Source: a virus
Length of the DNA: 64,000 bases
Direction: 5' to 3' (one strand)
Virus record (IMG/VR): IMGVR_UViG_3300029131_000181
Every line of letters begins with the position of its first letter. The stretch's first letter is position 1. Shown in pieces: positions 9,121 to 18,927 of this stretch. A program made the position numbers and the translations under genes. The notes beneath the pieces are model-generated. The model did not search any database, was not told where the DNA came from, and saw nothing but the letters and a program-made list of their open reading frames with translations.

Positions 9121-9414
9121 TCATCGAATGATTTCGTGCGCAATAACGTCGGATTCCGTACAAAAGATATCGCTGTAATCGGCCTCATCATTGCCCGCAC
9201 AGACCTCATGCTGATATGGTGCCGTGCCCTTGCGTTCAATTTCAATGCGCCAGATACCGTTCGTATAGCGCACTACCAAAATCGTGTCATCATCCAAGAA
9301 CAGCCGGACTCCCTTGACATCGAAGCAACCAATTTCATCGACTCCATAGTTGGAATTTTCCAGGTAGACAAGGTCGTCACTGGACCCATAAATTTTGACC
9401 ACGTTGCACCTCAC
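9121..9414 (-). CDS. hypothetical protein
   Basis: 97-aa ORF with a GTG start overlapping the upstream stop (GTGA). Confidence 0.5.
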   Translation of the reverse strand: MRCNVVKIYGSSDDLVYLENSNYGVDEIGCFDVKGVRLFLDDDTILVVRYTNGIWRIEIERKGTAPYQHEVCAGNDEADYSDIFCTESDVIAHEIIR

Positions 9415-9686
9415 ACCGTTTTCTGTTCGCTGGTGACAATGCGCGGGATGAATAGAAATTCAGTTTTTCTTGTTTCAGCGTTGGTTCTCCGAATGACCGT
9501 GCCATCCCGAACGATTTTCACGCCATCCTTATTGATGACAGGCTTTTCTTTGCCGACGAAGTTCATCAGTTCCAGCTCTTCAACAGTGTAGTTATCCCGG
9601 TGCAGCCATTCCGTGAGCTCACCGTCATCGTCGAAAACCGGGACAGCCTCGCTCCCCAGCGTGCTCCTTGCTTCAAACTTATTCAT
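9411..9686 (-). CDS. hypothetical protein
   Basis: Trimmed to MNKFEARSTLG, AAGGAG RBS. Confidence 0.55.
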   Translation of the reverse strand: MNKFEARSTLGSEAVPVFDDDGELTEWLHRDNYTVEELELMNFVGKEKPVINKDGVKIVRDGTVIRRTNAETRKTEFLFIPRIVTSEQKTV

Positions 9687-9792
9687 AGTTTTTGTCTCCT
9701 TGCAACATTTTTTATGCGATTTATCGGAATTTTTGTGGCTATATCTTAGTTTTGCAACATCCATACAGCTGCAAAGACTCAAGTTGATGGCA

Positions 9793-10659
9793 TTACCCAG
9801 CTTTCTTGGTTTTCTTGGTTTCGGGCTTTACGATACCGCCGTTGGCATCGTAGACATTGTATGGGAAGTCACCGTTATTGACGCGCTTAGCAACGCGCTG
9901 CCCGGTGGCAGTCTTATAATACTGGTTCAGTCGGTTTGCAGTACGGAAAAAGGCAAACCTTGCATACTGTGTGCCGCGCTTGACACGGTTTTCGCGCAGC
10001 AGTTCGTCCCGCAGCGTGATAGCATAATGTTCGGCTTCATTGTTGGTGAACCCCGAATAGAACACGTCCATGAACTTCTCGATATAAATAGCGGGAACAT
10101 CGTTCATGGCAGCCACAATGATGGCCGCTGTTGTACCTGCGGAATTGAGTCCCGGCAGCGTAGCCTTCTTGATGCACTTGGTGGCGGATTCGATTTGCGT
10201 GCGGTATTTCATCAGCCATTCGCTCAAAGCTTCCTCGTGACTGAGGTTCGAGCCTGCGAACACGCGGCCGATGAGGTTTGCTGCGGAGAGAATCGTATTG
10301 TTCGTCCAGCTCATATCGTACTCGGACATCTGCACACGGTTCGCCATGGAGCGGATGTTTCCGGAATCGATGTGCTGAGACTTGGCGGCATTAAAGGTCA
10401 CGTTCATACGCACGGTCACACCGGACTCGACGATAGCGAGCAGCCGATGCTGTCCGTCAACCAGCGTGCCATCGGTGGCGATGGCAATACCCTGATGCGT
10501 AGTATCCCAATGTCCTTCTCTCATGTCCTTCGCCATCTTTTTGACTTTGGCGACGTTCACGTTCCGATTGTTATCGTTCCTCTCAAGCCATTTTGCTGCC
10601 TGTTCGGGCGAGATTTCGTAGCCATCCCGCGTTCTCTGATTGAAATTATAGCGTCCCAT
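9793..10659 (-). CDS. ParB-like nuclease-domain protein
   Basis: MGRYNFNQR..NRNVNVAKVKKMAKDMREGHW..LVDGQHRLLAI is the ParB/sulfiredoxin-type N-terminal domain signature. Confidence 0.8.
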   Translation of the reverse strand: MGRYNFNQRTRDGYEISPEQAAKWLERNDNNRNVNVAKVKKMAKDMREGHWDTTHQGIAIATDGTLVDGQHRLLAIVESGVTVRMNVTFNAAKSQHIDSGNIRSMANRVQMSEYDMSWTNNTILSAANLIGRVFAGSNLSHEEALSEWLMKYRTQIESATKCIKKATLPGLNSAGTTAAIIVAAMNDVPAIYIEKFMDVFYSGFTNNEAEHYAITLRDELLRENRVKRGTQYARFAFFRTANRLNQYYKTATGQRVAKRVNNGDFPYNVYDANGGIVKPETKKTKKAG

Positions 10660-10702
10660 TTGTGATTCCTTTCTGCCCAAGTAGGCGTGTGTTTGATATT
10701 TG

Positions 10703-11017
10703 TTATTGATATTCAGAAAAATTCCCTGATTTGTGATTATATTCGTGTTGGTCGAGTTGGCGTGGCTGCATCGAAACAGTGCGCAACGTTCTGAGTCTGT
10801 GCATAACGCCTCCTCTCACCAGCGGCGATAAGGTATCCCTGCCGCTGAGGTTATGAGTCCTAGCTCTGTCGTCTGAATCAGCCAGAATCGCCAGCAACTC
10901 ATCGAGGATGCCGATATAGTTGTCGTCATTGATATACTGGATGGTGTTAATCATGGCCGTTTTCAGTGCATTGATAGGTTCTCCGCGCATCGAGCCGGAA
11001 GTATCGACAACGAACAA
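10703..11017 (-). pseudogene. vWA gene fragment
   Basis: Bases 10907-11015 are ~90% identical to 44101-44209 inside the intact vWA gene and encode FVVDTSGSMRGEPINALKTAMINTIQYINDDNYIGI. The rest of the ORF is unrelated. Confidence 0.75.
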
Positions 11018-11026
11018 AGCTATTTC

Positions 11027-11800
11027 TTAGTCTGTGCGGGTGTATCCGTGGTCAGCTAACCATTTATGTACTTCATTCGTGACGTCCAATGTATCGATGG
11101 AATAGCTGTTAACTCCCAGTTTGCCATTGGAAAGATTCATGCCGATATTATAAATGAGCTTGTGGCCTTTCATTTTGCCGATGGTCGTTGTGCTTCCTGC
11201 GGCGAATGTTTTGACTCCGACGCCGAGTTCCGAGTTATTCTCGTAGTCCAGCTCTTTGTAAGTAAAATTGTCTTGTACAAGAATCAGTTTTTTGAAAATC
11301 TGATGACTCTGCAAGATGCCATTATAAATGGAAAGGCAGTTTTGCCAATCGGCTTCAAAATCAATCCAGTTCCCGAATGTGGAAGCTGTCAATGGAGCAT
11401 TAGGACTCTGGTTGATAGCCGCTGCCTCTTGAAGCAGCAGTTTCTTAGGTGTTTTGTATTCCGCTACCGGATAGTTAATTTCGCCCTTGCACAGTATTTT
11501 CGCAAATGCTTTGACGGCAAGCTTACCAAAGATAACGCAGAAGCATCCGCAGAAACCAAAAAATGCGCCAAGCAGATAGAATACAAGTGTTGCTGTATGG
11601 ATGCTTTCGGGGTCGTATCTCTGCGCTGATGCCTCCGAAATAGCAAGGCCAATTGGAATCAGCAGCAAGATAATGCCGAAAATTATAAAGGCGATTCCCA
11701 TTGTTACCCACATCTGACCCGTACCTGCCGGGGTCGCATATTTCAGTGCTCTTTTCCGTTCTTTCTCAGACGGAATCATCTTATCCTTTTTGGCTGCCAT
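11027..11800 (-). CDS. membrane protein
   Basis: 257 aa with RBS AAAAGGAGGAGG. Two or three TM segments in the N-terminal third. Confidence 0.7.
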   Translation of the reverse strand: MAAKKDKMIPSEKERKRALKYATPAGTGQMWVTMGIAFIIFGIILLLIPIGLAISEASAQRYDPESIHTATLVFYLLGAFFGFCGCFCVIFGKLAVKAFAKILCKGEINYPVAEYKTPKKLLLQEAAAINQSPNAPLTASTFGNWIDFEADWQNCLSIYNGILQSHQIFKKLILVQDNFTYKELDYENNSELGVGVKTFAAGSTTTIGKMKGHKLIYNIGMNLSNGKLGVNSYSIDTLDVTNEVHKWLADHGYTRTD

Positions 11801-11847
11801 GATTTCCTCCTCCTTTTAATCGTGAAATCTGTTGTTGATTTTCTGAA

Positions 11848-14568
11848 TCAGCCAAAGCTGAGCTGCTCTGAGTCAGTTGAAAAGAAAGCTGCCTTTTTCT
11901 TTGCCTGCTCTTTTGCACTCTTACTCATCGGTTTCTTCGTGCCGTCCAGATGATGCTTGCTCTTGTACGAATACCCTTTCCAGGCAGCCTGATAGGAAAG
12001 GTAGCCATATCCGTTAGCGTTGTCCAGGACCTTATCGGTAGCCGTCTCGACCACAACATAACGGGGCTGGTTGGGCTTTGAGAGCTCATCGCTTTTCACG
12101 ACACGGTAGCTCTTTTTCTCATCTACACCGTACTTGGAGAACGGCAATGCGGATTCCTTTTGGGGTTTGGCTTTTGCCTTGGTATTTTCGGTATTTCCTT
12201 CGACGGAATCCACCAGTTCAGAGTCAAAGAACGCCTCATCAAGCGGTACATTGGAGCTGTTCTGCTTCTTTGCTTCTTCGATTTTCTGATACATGGCATC
12301 TTCGACACGGCGCATCTTCCAGACCTTGATGAGGACCTTTTCCGGGAACGTGATGGTCAGTCCCTTTTCCGCCAGCATCTTTCGGACAGCAGGCGTAGCG
12401 AAAGACTTGTATTTTGCATACGGTCCTTCTTTGTGCTGCTCGATTTCATGGCTTACCTGAGTCATGTATTCCTCAAACGCCTTGTTCTGGTCGAGCCAGA
12501 AATCGACTTCGGAATAAGGAGAATCATGGTCCACGGTTTTTTGAAGTTCGCAACTCTTCGCATAAGCAAGACAAGCGTCTTTCACATCGGCAAAACCAAG
12601 CCCAAAATTATCGTTCAGAGTGTTTCGGCGTGCTCCATCCATCACGAAATAACGGCTTCCTTGCTTGATGATGGCGATACCATCTCCGGAAGTGATAGTG
12701 GTGGACTCTTCCGCATATCCGTCGTCAGTCCAGCGGTCGATAATCGATGCCGTATCCTGTACAAAGCCTTTTCGGCAGGTGTAATAATCCGCGCCGTTGT
12801 AAGCTCGTTTCGTGATGCACTTGAGGATTGCGTCAATCAGAGCGTCCTTATCCTTGATTTTTACGCTGTACATCAGGTTACTTTTCACGTTCCAGACAAC
12901 GCCATATGGAAGTCCCAGCGCAATCATAGAACACGCACACTGCAGAAAATGCTTGTGTGCCAGACTGCTGATGAACTTGATGCAGTAGACGGTGTTGTTC
13001 TTTACGACATCCGCAAGGCCCGAGGCATAAATCACTTTATGGTCATTAGTATGGATGTCGATATCTCCGCGTGCCTGAACATACTCATCGGGAGTGAACA
13101 CGGTGCCAAGCCGCATACTGAGCGACATTTTGGCTTTTGCGCTCACAAAAGGAGGCTTGACCTGTTTTACATACCGGCACTGATTCGTTTCAAGCGCCGT
13201 GAGCAGCAGAACCTTATCCTCGACCGTTGCGCCTTTCTTGATTTTCAAATACTGCATGTCCTTGTGTAGGTCCATGTAATAAGCGAGTGCGTCATCGATA
13301 TCATAGGAATTAAAGAAGCCTGCCTGCATGTAGATACTGATACAGGGGGACAAATCAATCATGGCATCCGCTGCCTGCACATCGATGGTCGTATTGTCGT
13401 TGTGCTCAATCGGTGTGACTTCCAGCAGCTTATAGCAAGCATCAACATCTTCGATGAATTTGTGGTCGAACATCTCGGAGAACGAAAACGGATGCCGGAA
13501 CACGCAATTCATTCCAGTCGGAGTCATCAGGGATTTATCGCTCAACGGATGGTCATAGTTCACGAAGATAATCCGCTGCTTTCCTCGGCTTGCTGCGACA
13601 CAAAACAGATTCCGAAGAATCTCATATCGTGACATCGGCTTGCTTGTGCGGGACGACCAGTATTCTTCAGTGAAATCGAACACGACACAGATAGGGCGCT
13701 CCATACCTTTACTGCCGTCAAATGTTGTGAAGATACCAACATCTGAGGAAGGTGCTACCGCCTTATCCCCGTCATTGTCCGCGATACTTGCATAGACGTG
13801 ATGCTTGTCATAGAGGTTTCCGGGGCGATTTTCCAGGTCATTGAGCACCTTTGTCATAGCTCCGATTCGAGCGCCCAGACACAAAACATCTTTCGGATTT
13901 TGTTTATTCAGAAACTCCGTCACCTCATCGACTGACATCTGTTCCACGATGCAGGAACCATTTACGCCGTTGATGGTCTTGCCCCAGATATTGCCGAGTC
14001 GTTCTGCCAAGTCATGAGAAATACGGAAGCATTTCGTGAAAACCACCTGTTCATGGCGGCCGAGAAAATCCTGCATGAACTCCCAGACATCCAGCGCTGT
14101 ATCATCGTAGATTTTCTGCTTCATATCGCCCACTGCGACGATTTGAAGGCCCGGATTCTGAGAACGGATATATTTGAGCAGTTCTGCAATCTCGTCATTG
14201 ATATCCTGATACTCGTCAATGATAAGAGTATCAATTGGCGGAATCGGAATTTTCTTTTCCAATACCATGGCAAGCTGTTCACCCTGCCCGCAATTCCGGA
14301 TTCCCTTTTTGTTCAGCAGCAGGCTTGCAAATCCATGATAGTTCTGAACCAAGACATTATGATTTTTGATTTTGTCTTTGGCGTCAAGTTTGAGTAATCG
14401 GTTATAGGTCAAGTACAGGATACGCCGTTCTGGAGGGTACGCATCACAGAGCACGTTGATGGTCGATGTTTTTCCGCTGCCAATGCAGGCATCACATAAT
14501 ACGTTTTTGCCCGACAATGCCAAATGTACGAATTCCTGTTGTTCGCTTGACAAGTTGTTCAGTGTCAT
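11848..14568 (-). CDS. UvrD/Rep-type SF1 helicase with long C-terminal extension
   Basis: Walker A CIGSGKTST and IIDEYQDIN motif. The ORF track starts at TTG 14574, but ATG 14568 is preferred. No good RBS remains because of the adjacent tnpB insertion. Confidence 0.85.
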   Translation of the reverse strand: MTLNNLSSEQQEFVHLALSGKNVLCDACIGSGKTSTINVLCDAYPPERRILYLTYNRLLKLDAKDKIKNHNVLVQNYHGFASLLLNKKGIRNCGQGEQLAMVLEKKIPIPPIDTLIIDEYQDINDEIAELLKYIRSQNPGLQIVAVGDMKQKIYDDTALDVWEFMQDFLGRHEQVVFTKCFRISHDLAERLGNIWGKTINGVNGSCIVEQMSVDEVTEFLNKQNPKDVLCLGARIGAMTKVLNDLENRPGNLYDKHHVYASIADNDGDKAVAPSSDVGIFTTFDGSKGMERPICVVFDFTEEYWSSRTSKPMSRYEILRNLFCVAASRGKQRIIFVNYDHPLSDKSLMTPTGMNCVFRHPFSFSEMFDHKFIEDVDACYKLLEVTPIEHNDNTTIDVQAADAMIDLSPCISIYMQAGFFNSYDIDDALAYYMDLHKDMQYLKIKKGATVEDKVLLLTALETNQCRYVKQVKPPFVSAKAKMSLSMRLGTVFTPDEYVQARGDIDIHTNDHKVIYASGLADVVKNNTVYCIKFISSLAHKHFLQCACSMIALGLPYGVVWNVKSNLMYSVKIKDKDALIDAILKCITKRAYNGADYYTCRKGFVQDTASIIDRWTDDGYAEESTTITSGDGIAIIKQGSRYFVMDGARRNTLNDNFGLGFADVKDACLAYAKSCELQKTVDHDSPYSEVDFWLDQNKAFEEYMTQVSHEIEQHKEGPYAKYKSFATPAVRKMLAEKGLTITFPEKVLIKVWKMRRVEDAMYQKIEEAKKQNSSNVPLDEAFFDSELVDSVEGNTENTKAKAKPQKESALPFSKYGVDEKKSYRVVKSDELSKPNQPRYVVVETATDKVLDNANGYGYLSYQAAWKGYSYKSKHHLDGTKKPMSKSAKEQAKKKAAFFSTDSEQLSFG

Positions 14569-14577
14569 AGCCAAATT

Positions 14578-14760
14578 CGGACTTCCAACTTTTCACGGGT
14601 TGCCCCGTTACTCAGTATGGATTTCTGCTTCATAGAGCGAGCTTACCGCAAGCCGCAGCTCTTGATAGAGGCTCGCTCTCCACAGACTTTAAGATTCGGT
14701 CGTCCTGACCGTACTGTTCGCCTGTGGTTATGAGGCGGCTGGCGTAGCCAGCATGTCCAT
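14578..14760 (-). ncRNA. TnpB omega RNA / right-end region (extent approximate)
   Basis: GC-rich nested hairpins overlapping and following the tnpB 3' end (GAGAGCGAGCC...GGCTCGCTCTA, CGGGGCAACCCG). By analogy to characterised TnpB loci. Confidence 0.5.
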
Positions 14761-15837
14761 TCCTTTCTTTAGAATGTTTTCTGCTGCATTTTTATCCCTA
14801 TCGTGTGATGTGTTACATTTCGGACAGACCCAATGCCGAACATTGAGGTTTTTTACCTCTTTGTTTTGGTAGCCGCAGCAAGAGCAGGTCTGGCTGCTTG
14901 GATAGAAGGTTGGTATTTTTACAACTACTCTTCCTGCCCAACTGGATTTATAATCAAGTTGTCGGAAGAACTCTCCCCAAGAAACATCGGAAATACTTTT
15001 AGCAAGGTTATGATTGCGAACCATACCATTTACATTGAGGTCTTCTACACAGATGATTTGGTTTTCTTTCACCAGTGTAGATGACAACTTGTGTAGGGCA
15101 TCTTTTCGCTTATTGGTCACTTTTTCGTGGCAGCAAGCCACCTTGATACGTTGCTTCTCCCAGTTGGCAGAACCTTTCTTTTTGCGTGACAGCTTTTTCT
15201 GCTCACGCTTTAGTTTAGCTTCCGCTTTCTGAAGATATTTATTGTTTGGATATTCTTTTCCATTGCTGTCAACAGCAAAAGATTTGATGCCAACATCTAA
15301 ACCGATGACGGTATCTTTAACCGGAAGCGGCATTACTTCTACTTTGCAAAGAATACTTACATAGTATTTGCCGCTTGCTGAGCGACGGATTGTTGCCTTA
15401 CAGATGCGTCCCTCAATGTTGCGACTCTTACGATAACGCATCTTCCCAAGTGTCGGAAGCTGAATGTACTTATCGTCAACTTTAATGCTTTTTGCTTTTG
15501 TAGTTGTATAGCTTTCTTCTCCCCGTTTTCGTTTGAATTGGGGGAACCCTTTACCGTCTTCGAAAAAGCCTTTATAGGCATTATTTAACTGACGACAGCT
15601 ATATTTGAGTGCTTGACTATCTACTTCAGCAAGCCAAGGAAGATAAGTTTTCATCTGAGGAAGCAGATTTTGTGTATCAATATAGCTCATACTTTCACCG
15701 CGCCGTTGATAAGCTTTTATACGCCTATCTAGCATAGAGTTATATACAAAACGGCAGCAGCCGAGCGTTTTATTGATTTTGACTTTCTGTTCTTCTGTTG
15801 GCTCTAGCCGAAATTTATAGCCTTTATGTACTTTCAA
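14728..15837 (-). CDS. tnpB: TnpB (OrfB) RNA-guided nuclease
   Basis: [18 protein letters not shown]-terminus, RuvC motifs ([26 protein letters not shown]) and zinc ribbon CSCCG..CPKCN. TTG start with AGGAGG RBS. Confidence 0.95.
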   Translation of the reverse strand: MKVHKGYKFRLEPTEEQKVKINKTLGCCRFVYNSMLDRRIKAYQRRGESMSYIDTQNLLPQMKTYLPWLAEVDSQALKYSCRQLNNAYKGFFEDGKGFPQFKRKRGEESYTTTKAKSIKVDDKYIQLPTLGKMRYRKSRNIEGRICKATIRRSASGKYYVSILCKVEVMPLPVKDTVIGLDVGIKSFAVDSNGKEYPNNKYLQKAEAKLKREQKKLSRKKKGSANWEKQRIKVACCHEKVTNKRKDALHKLSSTLVKENQIICVEDLNVNGMVRNHNLAKSISDVSWGEFFRQLDYKSSWAGRVVVKIPTFYPSSQTCSCCGYQNKEVKNLNVRHWVCPKCNTSHDRDKNAAENILKKGMDMLATPAAS

Positions 15838-15921
15838 AGTGGCTCACCTCCTTTATGGACTTTTGTGCTCATGAGTTATTCAGACCCCCCGGAAAAAGTT
15901 GAATAGCCCCAAATTCTCCTT

Positions 15922-15969
15922 AACAAACAAAATGCCCCGGCAGCATCCAATTCAGAAGCCGCCAGGGCA
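15922..15969 (-). terminator. leader hairpin + U-run downstream of promoter copy 4
   Basis: Minus strand TGCCCTGGCGGC-loop-GCTGCCGGGGCATTTTGTTTGTTAAGGAG. Two G:U pairs are valid only in the minus-strand RNA. Confidence 0.55.
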
Positions 15970-15991
15970 CAATTCTTATCTTATTAGGGTT

Positions 15992-16019
15992 ATTATATCT
16001 GATTCGCACAGATGTGCAA
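15992..16019 (-). promoter_or_regulatory. motif-class promoter, copy 4
   Basis: TTGCAC-ATCTGTGCGAATCAGA-TATAAT. Now separated from the helicase gene by the tnpB element. Confidence 0.6.
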
Positions 16020-16078
16020 GCTTTATTTTACTATGTTTCATCTTGCTTCTGGGCAAAAAAAGAACGCCCACCAGCAAT

Positions 16079-16549
16079 TTACAGCTTCCAAATCTCGACA
16101 TTTACATTCCAGGCTTTAGCCGCATCGCTGATGATGTCCAGAACCGTGTTCCAATCGCCTCCGGCAAGGCCGCAGCCTAAACCATATGGCAGCCGGATAG
16201 TTACGTCCTGATTATTTCGAGCGCAGTCTCTAAAAAACGAGAACAGCGCAGTCGCCAATGCAGCATAATTCGTCTGTCTTTCACCACGGCCATAGCCATT
16301 TTGGCCGAACAGGTTCACGATGTACAGCTTCGGTTCTACCAGAACCTCCTGGTAAGTACCGAGCTTGTTGCCGTTGTTTCCATAGCAAAACTCCAGATAG
16401 CGCTGATATACCACCGGCCATTGGATGCAAATTTGCATGGCAAGTCCAGCTCCCATCACGCCTTTGCAATTTACTTGCTGGCAAATGTAAGTTGGCTTAC
16501 TCGCAGAAAGTCGTGAAAAAATATTGCCATCAACAAAATTTATGCTCAT
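16079..16549 (-). CDS. macro-domain protein (ADP-ribose binding/hydrolase)
   Basis: Trimmed to MSINFVDGNIF. QQVNCKGVMGAGLAMQI and GLGCGLAGGDW are macro-domain signatures. Confidence 0.85.
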   Translation of the reverse strand: MSINFVDGNIFSRLSASKPTYICQQVNCKGVMGAGLAMQICIQWPVVYQRYLEFCYGNNGNKLGTYQEVLVEPKLYIVNLFGQNGYGRGERQTNYAALATALFSFFRDCARNNQDVTIRLPYGLGCGLAGGDWNTVLDIISDAAKAWNVNVEIWKL

Positions 16550-16550
16550 C

Positions 16551-16958
16551 TCACTTACCACCTTTTCCAAATTTCGAGGCATTTCCCGGATAAATCGCAT
16601 AGCCCGTGCGATAATCAACGCTATCGTCTCGGTATACGAGCTCTACATTCGACATGCTGGTATAAAAGACTTTATCACGATAACGGCTATCGTTGATTTC
16701 AAACTTGATGTTTTGCCCGTTGTCCACGATTTCGTAGCTTACAAGAGCAGATACAGTCCAGATGTTATCATAGCGAAAATGAATGTAATTGTATTCCGGT
16801 TCCGTATCAGCGCTTTCCGGTGTAGCCAGCATCTGACTCGGAATGTCTTCGAGTTCAGACATTGTGGTACTTGTCACAGTGCTGATTGCGTCCTCACAGC
16901 CAGCCAAAGGTAGAGCCAGGCAGCACAGCACCAAAGCAGTTCCAATAAATTTTTTCAT
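16551..16958 (-). CDS. small lipoprotein
   Basis: MKKFIGTALVLCCLALPLAGCED lipobox. RBS GACGGAGAAAT. Confidence 0.75.
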   Translation of the reverse strand: MKKFIGTALVLCCLALPLAGCEDAISTVTSTTMSELEDIPSQMLATPESADTEPEYNYIHFRYDNIWTVSALVSYEIVDNGQNIKFEINDSRYRDKVFYTSMSNVELVYRDDSVDYRTGYAIYPGNASKFGKGGK

Positions 16959-16981
16959 AGTTATTTCTCCGTCTGATTTTT

Positions 16982-17009
16982 ATTGTACGCAGTTCGCACA
17001 AAAGAAAAA
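16982..17009 (-). promoter_or_regulatory. motif-class promoter, copy 5 (weak -35)
   Basis: TTTTTC-TTTTGTGCGAACTGCG-TACAAT. The -35 overlaps the U-run of terminator 17000-17041. Confidence 0.5.
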
Positions 17010-17041
17010 GCTACCCAACAGCCATAAGGCCACTGAGCAGC
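17000..17041 (-). terminator. terminator of short transcript
   Basis: Minus strand GCTGCTCAGTGG-loop-CTGTTGGGTAGCTTTTTCTTTT. G:U pairs occur only on the minus-strand RNA. Confidence 0.55.
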
Positions 17042-17087
17042 TTAGTGTGAATTCTATTGTGTGCATAGTATCTTTCGTACAAATTCG

Positions 17088-17115
17088 ATGGTATGAGATT
17101 CGCACGCCGGGTCAA
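17088..17115 (-). promoter_or_regulatory. motif-class promoter, copy 6
   Basis: TTGACC-CGGCGTGCGAATCTCA-TACCAT. Confidence 0.5.
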
Positions 17116-17283
17116 GACACATCGGCAGCTACGCATCCTGGCACCTACGGTTCCAACGGCAAAAAGCGCAGCTACGCAACAAATAAGCAAAAAGAAAAAG
17201 CCGCCCACCCGGTCAGGGGTGAACGGCAGGAAACGCTATCTATGTAAAAAAACGACTGAGTTCGTCAGAGGTCTTGTAATCTA

Positions 17284-18807
17284 TCAGGCAGCCATCTTCG
17301 CTGCGGTTTTGCCCTTCGGACCCTTCTTCCGTGCATTGGCTTCAAGCTCCTTCTTGTTGGTATCATACCAAACCTCGAACTCCTTGAAGTTGTTCAACGC
17401 CCAAATCTCAGGAGAAGCCTTGCGACCGTAAGTTTCTTCCAACAGGTGGATAACTTTGCGGCCAACTTCTTCCATGATTTCGGCATCGTATTTGCCGCCA
17501 CCGCAGTAAAACCCTTCAGGCATAATAATGTCGTATTTAGGGTCAAGAACTTCAAGCCCCGGCTCCAAAACGCGAATGCCTTTGTAGCCAGCTTTGCGTA
17601 CAGCTTCAAATTTGAAGCGGTCCTTTTCGGCAGCATCTGCGTGCGGATATTTTCCATTATACTCATAAATGAGTCTCTGGATATGGTCCACGAAGTCTAA
17701 TCCCAAAAGACTATTTTCGCCCAAGATGTTTCGAACATCAAAGAAGGGGTTGGCAATTCCGTTTTCACCGGCAAATGCCAACATGGGACGTGTGTAAAAC
17801 CACTCCGGCTTGGAAATGGCATTGATTCTTCGCATTTTGCAGTCGTAGCATCCAGTAAGACCGTTGTTCACAGAACGAACAATATTGTTAATTGCAGCTT
17901 CGAATTCTTGCCCGCAATCACGGCATTTGAAGAAGGCTTTTTTGTTGCTTTGAACAGTTACTTCTGAAGCAGAAAGCTTGTTTTTACTACTCCACATGGA
18001 GGCTGCTTTCGGACATTGCGACGCAAGGTCATTGATGCCGGGAACAACCCTCCGACCTACGCAAACTAGGCATCCAGTGTTGCCGTTTTTTACAGCACAA
18101 ACAACATCTCCAATTATGGCTTTGAACTCTTGCCCACAATCCGGGCACACAAAGAAAGCTTTTTTCCCGCTTTTAGCTGTGACTTCTGAAGCGGAAAGCT
18201 TATTTTTATTACTCCACATAGCGGCTGCTTCTGGGCACTGTGACGCAAGGTCATTGATGCCAGGGGCAACTCTTAGTCCTCTGCAAACAGGGCAACCTGT
18301 GTTTCCGTTACTTACAGAATAGACAACGTGTTCGATTTTGGCTTCAAATTCTTCCCCGCAGTCCGGGCATACGAATATCGCCTTTTTGTTGCATTTGACA
18401 GCAATTTCCGAGGCAGACTTTTTGTTTTTGTTACTCCACATAGCTGCAATTTCCGGGTATTTCGACGCAAGGTCGTTGATGCCGGGGATAATCTTTCTTC
18501 CTGCGCAAACAGAGCAACCCGTGAATCCCTTGTCTACAGAACGAACAACATTAAAGATTCTGCTTTCAAATTCCTGCCCGCAATCAGGACACACAAAAGT
18601 GAGTTTTTTATTGCTTCCAGTAGTAACTTCAAAGGCAAGTTTCTTATCTTTTTCGCTCAGCATTGCAGCTACTTTTGGGCAAGCAACAGCAAGGCAATTT
18701 TTCTTAACCACTTCATACGGCATCTCAATGCCAAGAGCCGGAATAGGAGCGCAAGAAGCGCAGTTGCAAGAGTTAGCGTGCATCATAATTTTCATGTTAG
18801 TATTCAT
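17284..18807 (-). CDS. zinc-ribbon repeat protein with C-terminal Vsr/DUF559-like domain
   Basis: Trimmed to MNTNMKIMMH (AAAGGAG RBS). Four 74-aa repeats of the form PGINDLAS..P..AAMWS.KNK.SASEV......FF.CPDCGQEF......V......GNTGC.VC. C-terminal LDFVDH..IYEYNG..H resembles the Vsr-like nuclease core. Confidence 0.75.
   Translation of the reverse strand: MNTNMKIMMHANSCNCASCAPIPALGIEMPYEVVKKNCLAVACPKVAAMLSEKDKKLAFEVTTGSNKKLTFVCPDCGQEFESRIFNVVRSVDKGFTGCSVCAGRKIIPGINDLASKYPEIAAMWSNKNKKSASEIAVKCNKKAIFVCPDCGEEFEAKIEHVVYSVSNGNTGCPVCRGLRVAPGINDLASQCPEAAAMWSNKNKLSASEVTAKSGKKAFFVCPDCGQEFKAIIGDVVCAVKNGNTGCLVCVGRRVVPGINDLASQCPKAASMWSSKNKLSASEVTVQSNKKAFFKCRDCGQEFEAAINNIVRSVNNGLTGCYDCKMRRINAISKPEWFYTRPMLAFAGENGIANPFFDVRNILGENSLLGLDFVDHIQRLIYEYNGKYPHADAAEKDRFKFEAVRKAGYKGIRVLEPGLEVLDPKYDIIMPEGFYCGGGKYDAEIMEEVGRKVIHLLEETYGRKASPEIWALNNFKEFEVWYDTNKKELEANARKKGPKGKTAAKMAA
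17790..18681 (-). repeat. 4 x 222-bp in-frame tandem repeat inside the CDS
   Basis: ACTCCACA landmark recurs at 17989, 18211 and 18433 (period 222). Limits approximate. Confidence 0.8.
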
Positions 18808-18927
18808 GATAGATTTCTCCTTTGTTATCAATAAAAATAAAAAAGCAGCCACCCTTCCCTCTTTTGAGGGCAAAAGCGACTGCTTTACGTTCAATGGGTA
18901 TTGAGTTGTTATTCATGAAGAATTGCT

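Larger units (their letters stand above)
14578..15903 (-). mobile_element. IS200/IS605-family tnpB-only element (boundaries approximate)
   Basis: tnpB plus a structured 3' region. Flanked by the imperfect repeat ATAGCCAAATT (14567-14577) / ATAGCCCCAAATT (15904-15916). Confidence 0.7.

Noticed and set aside
17790-18681. Possible CRISPR-like or other non-coding repeat array.
   Set aside because: The 222-bp repeats are in frame inside a CDS and encode zinc-ribbon units. No short repeat-spacer array exists anywhere in the window. The 11-bp array at 56965-57027 has no spacers.
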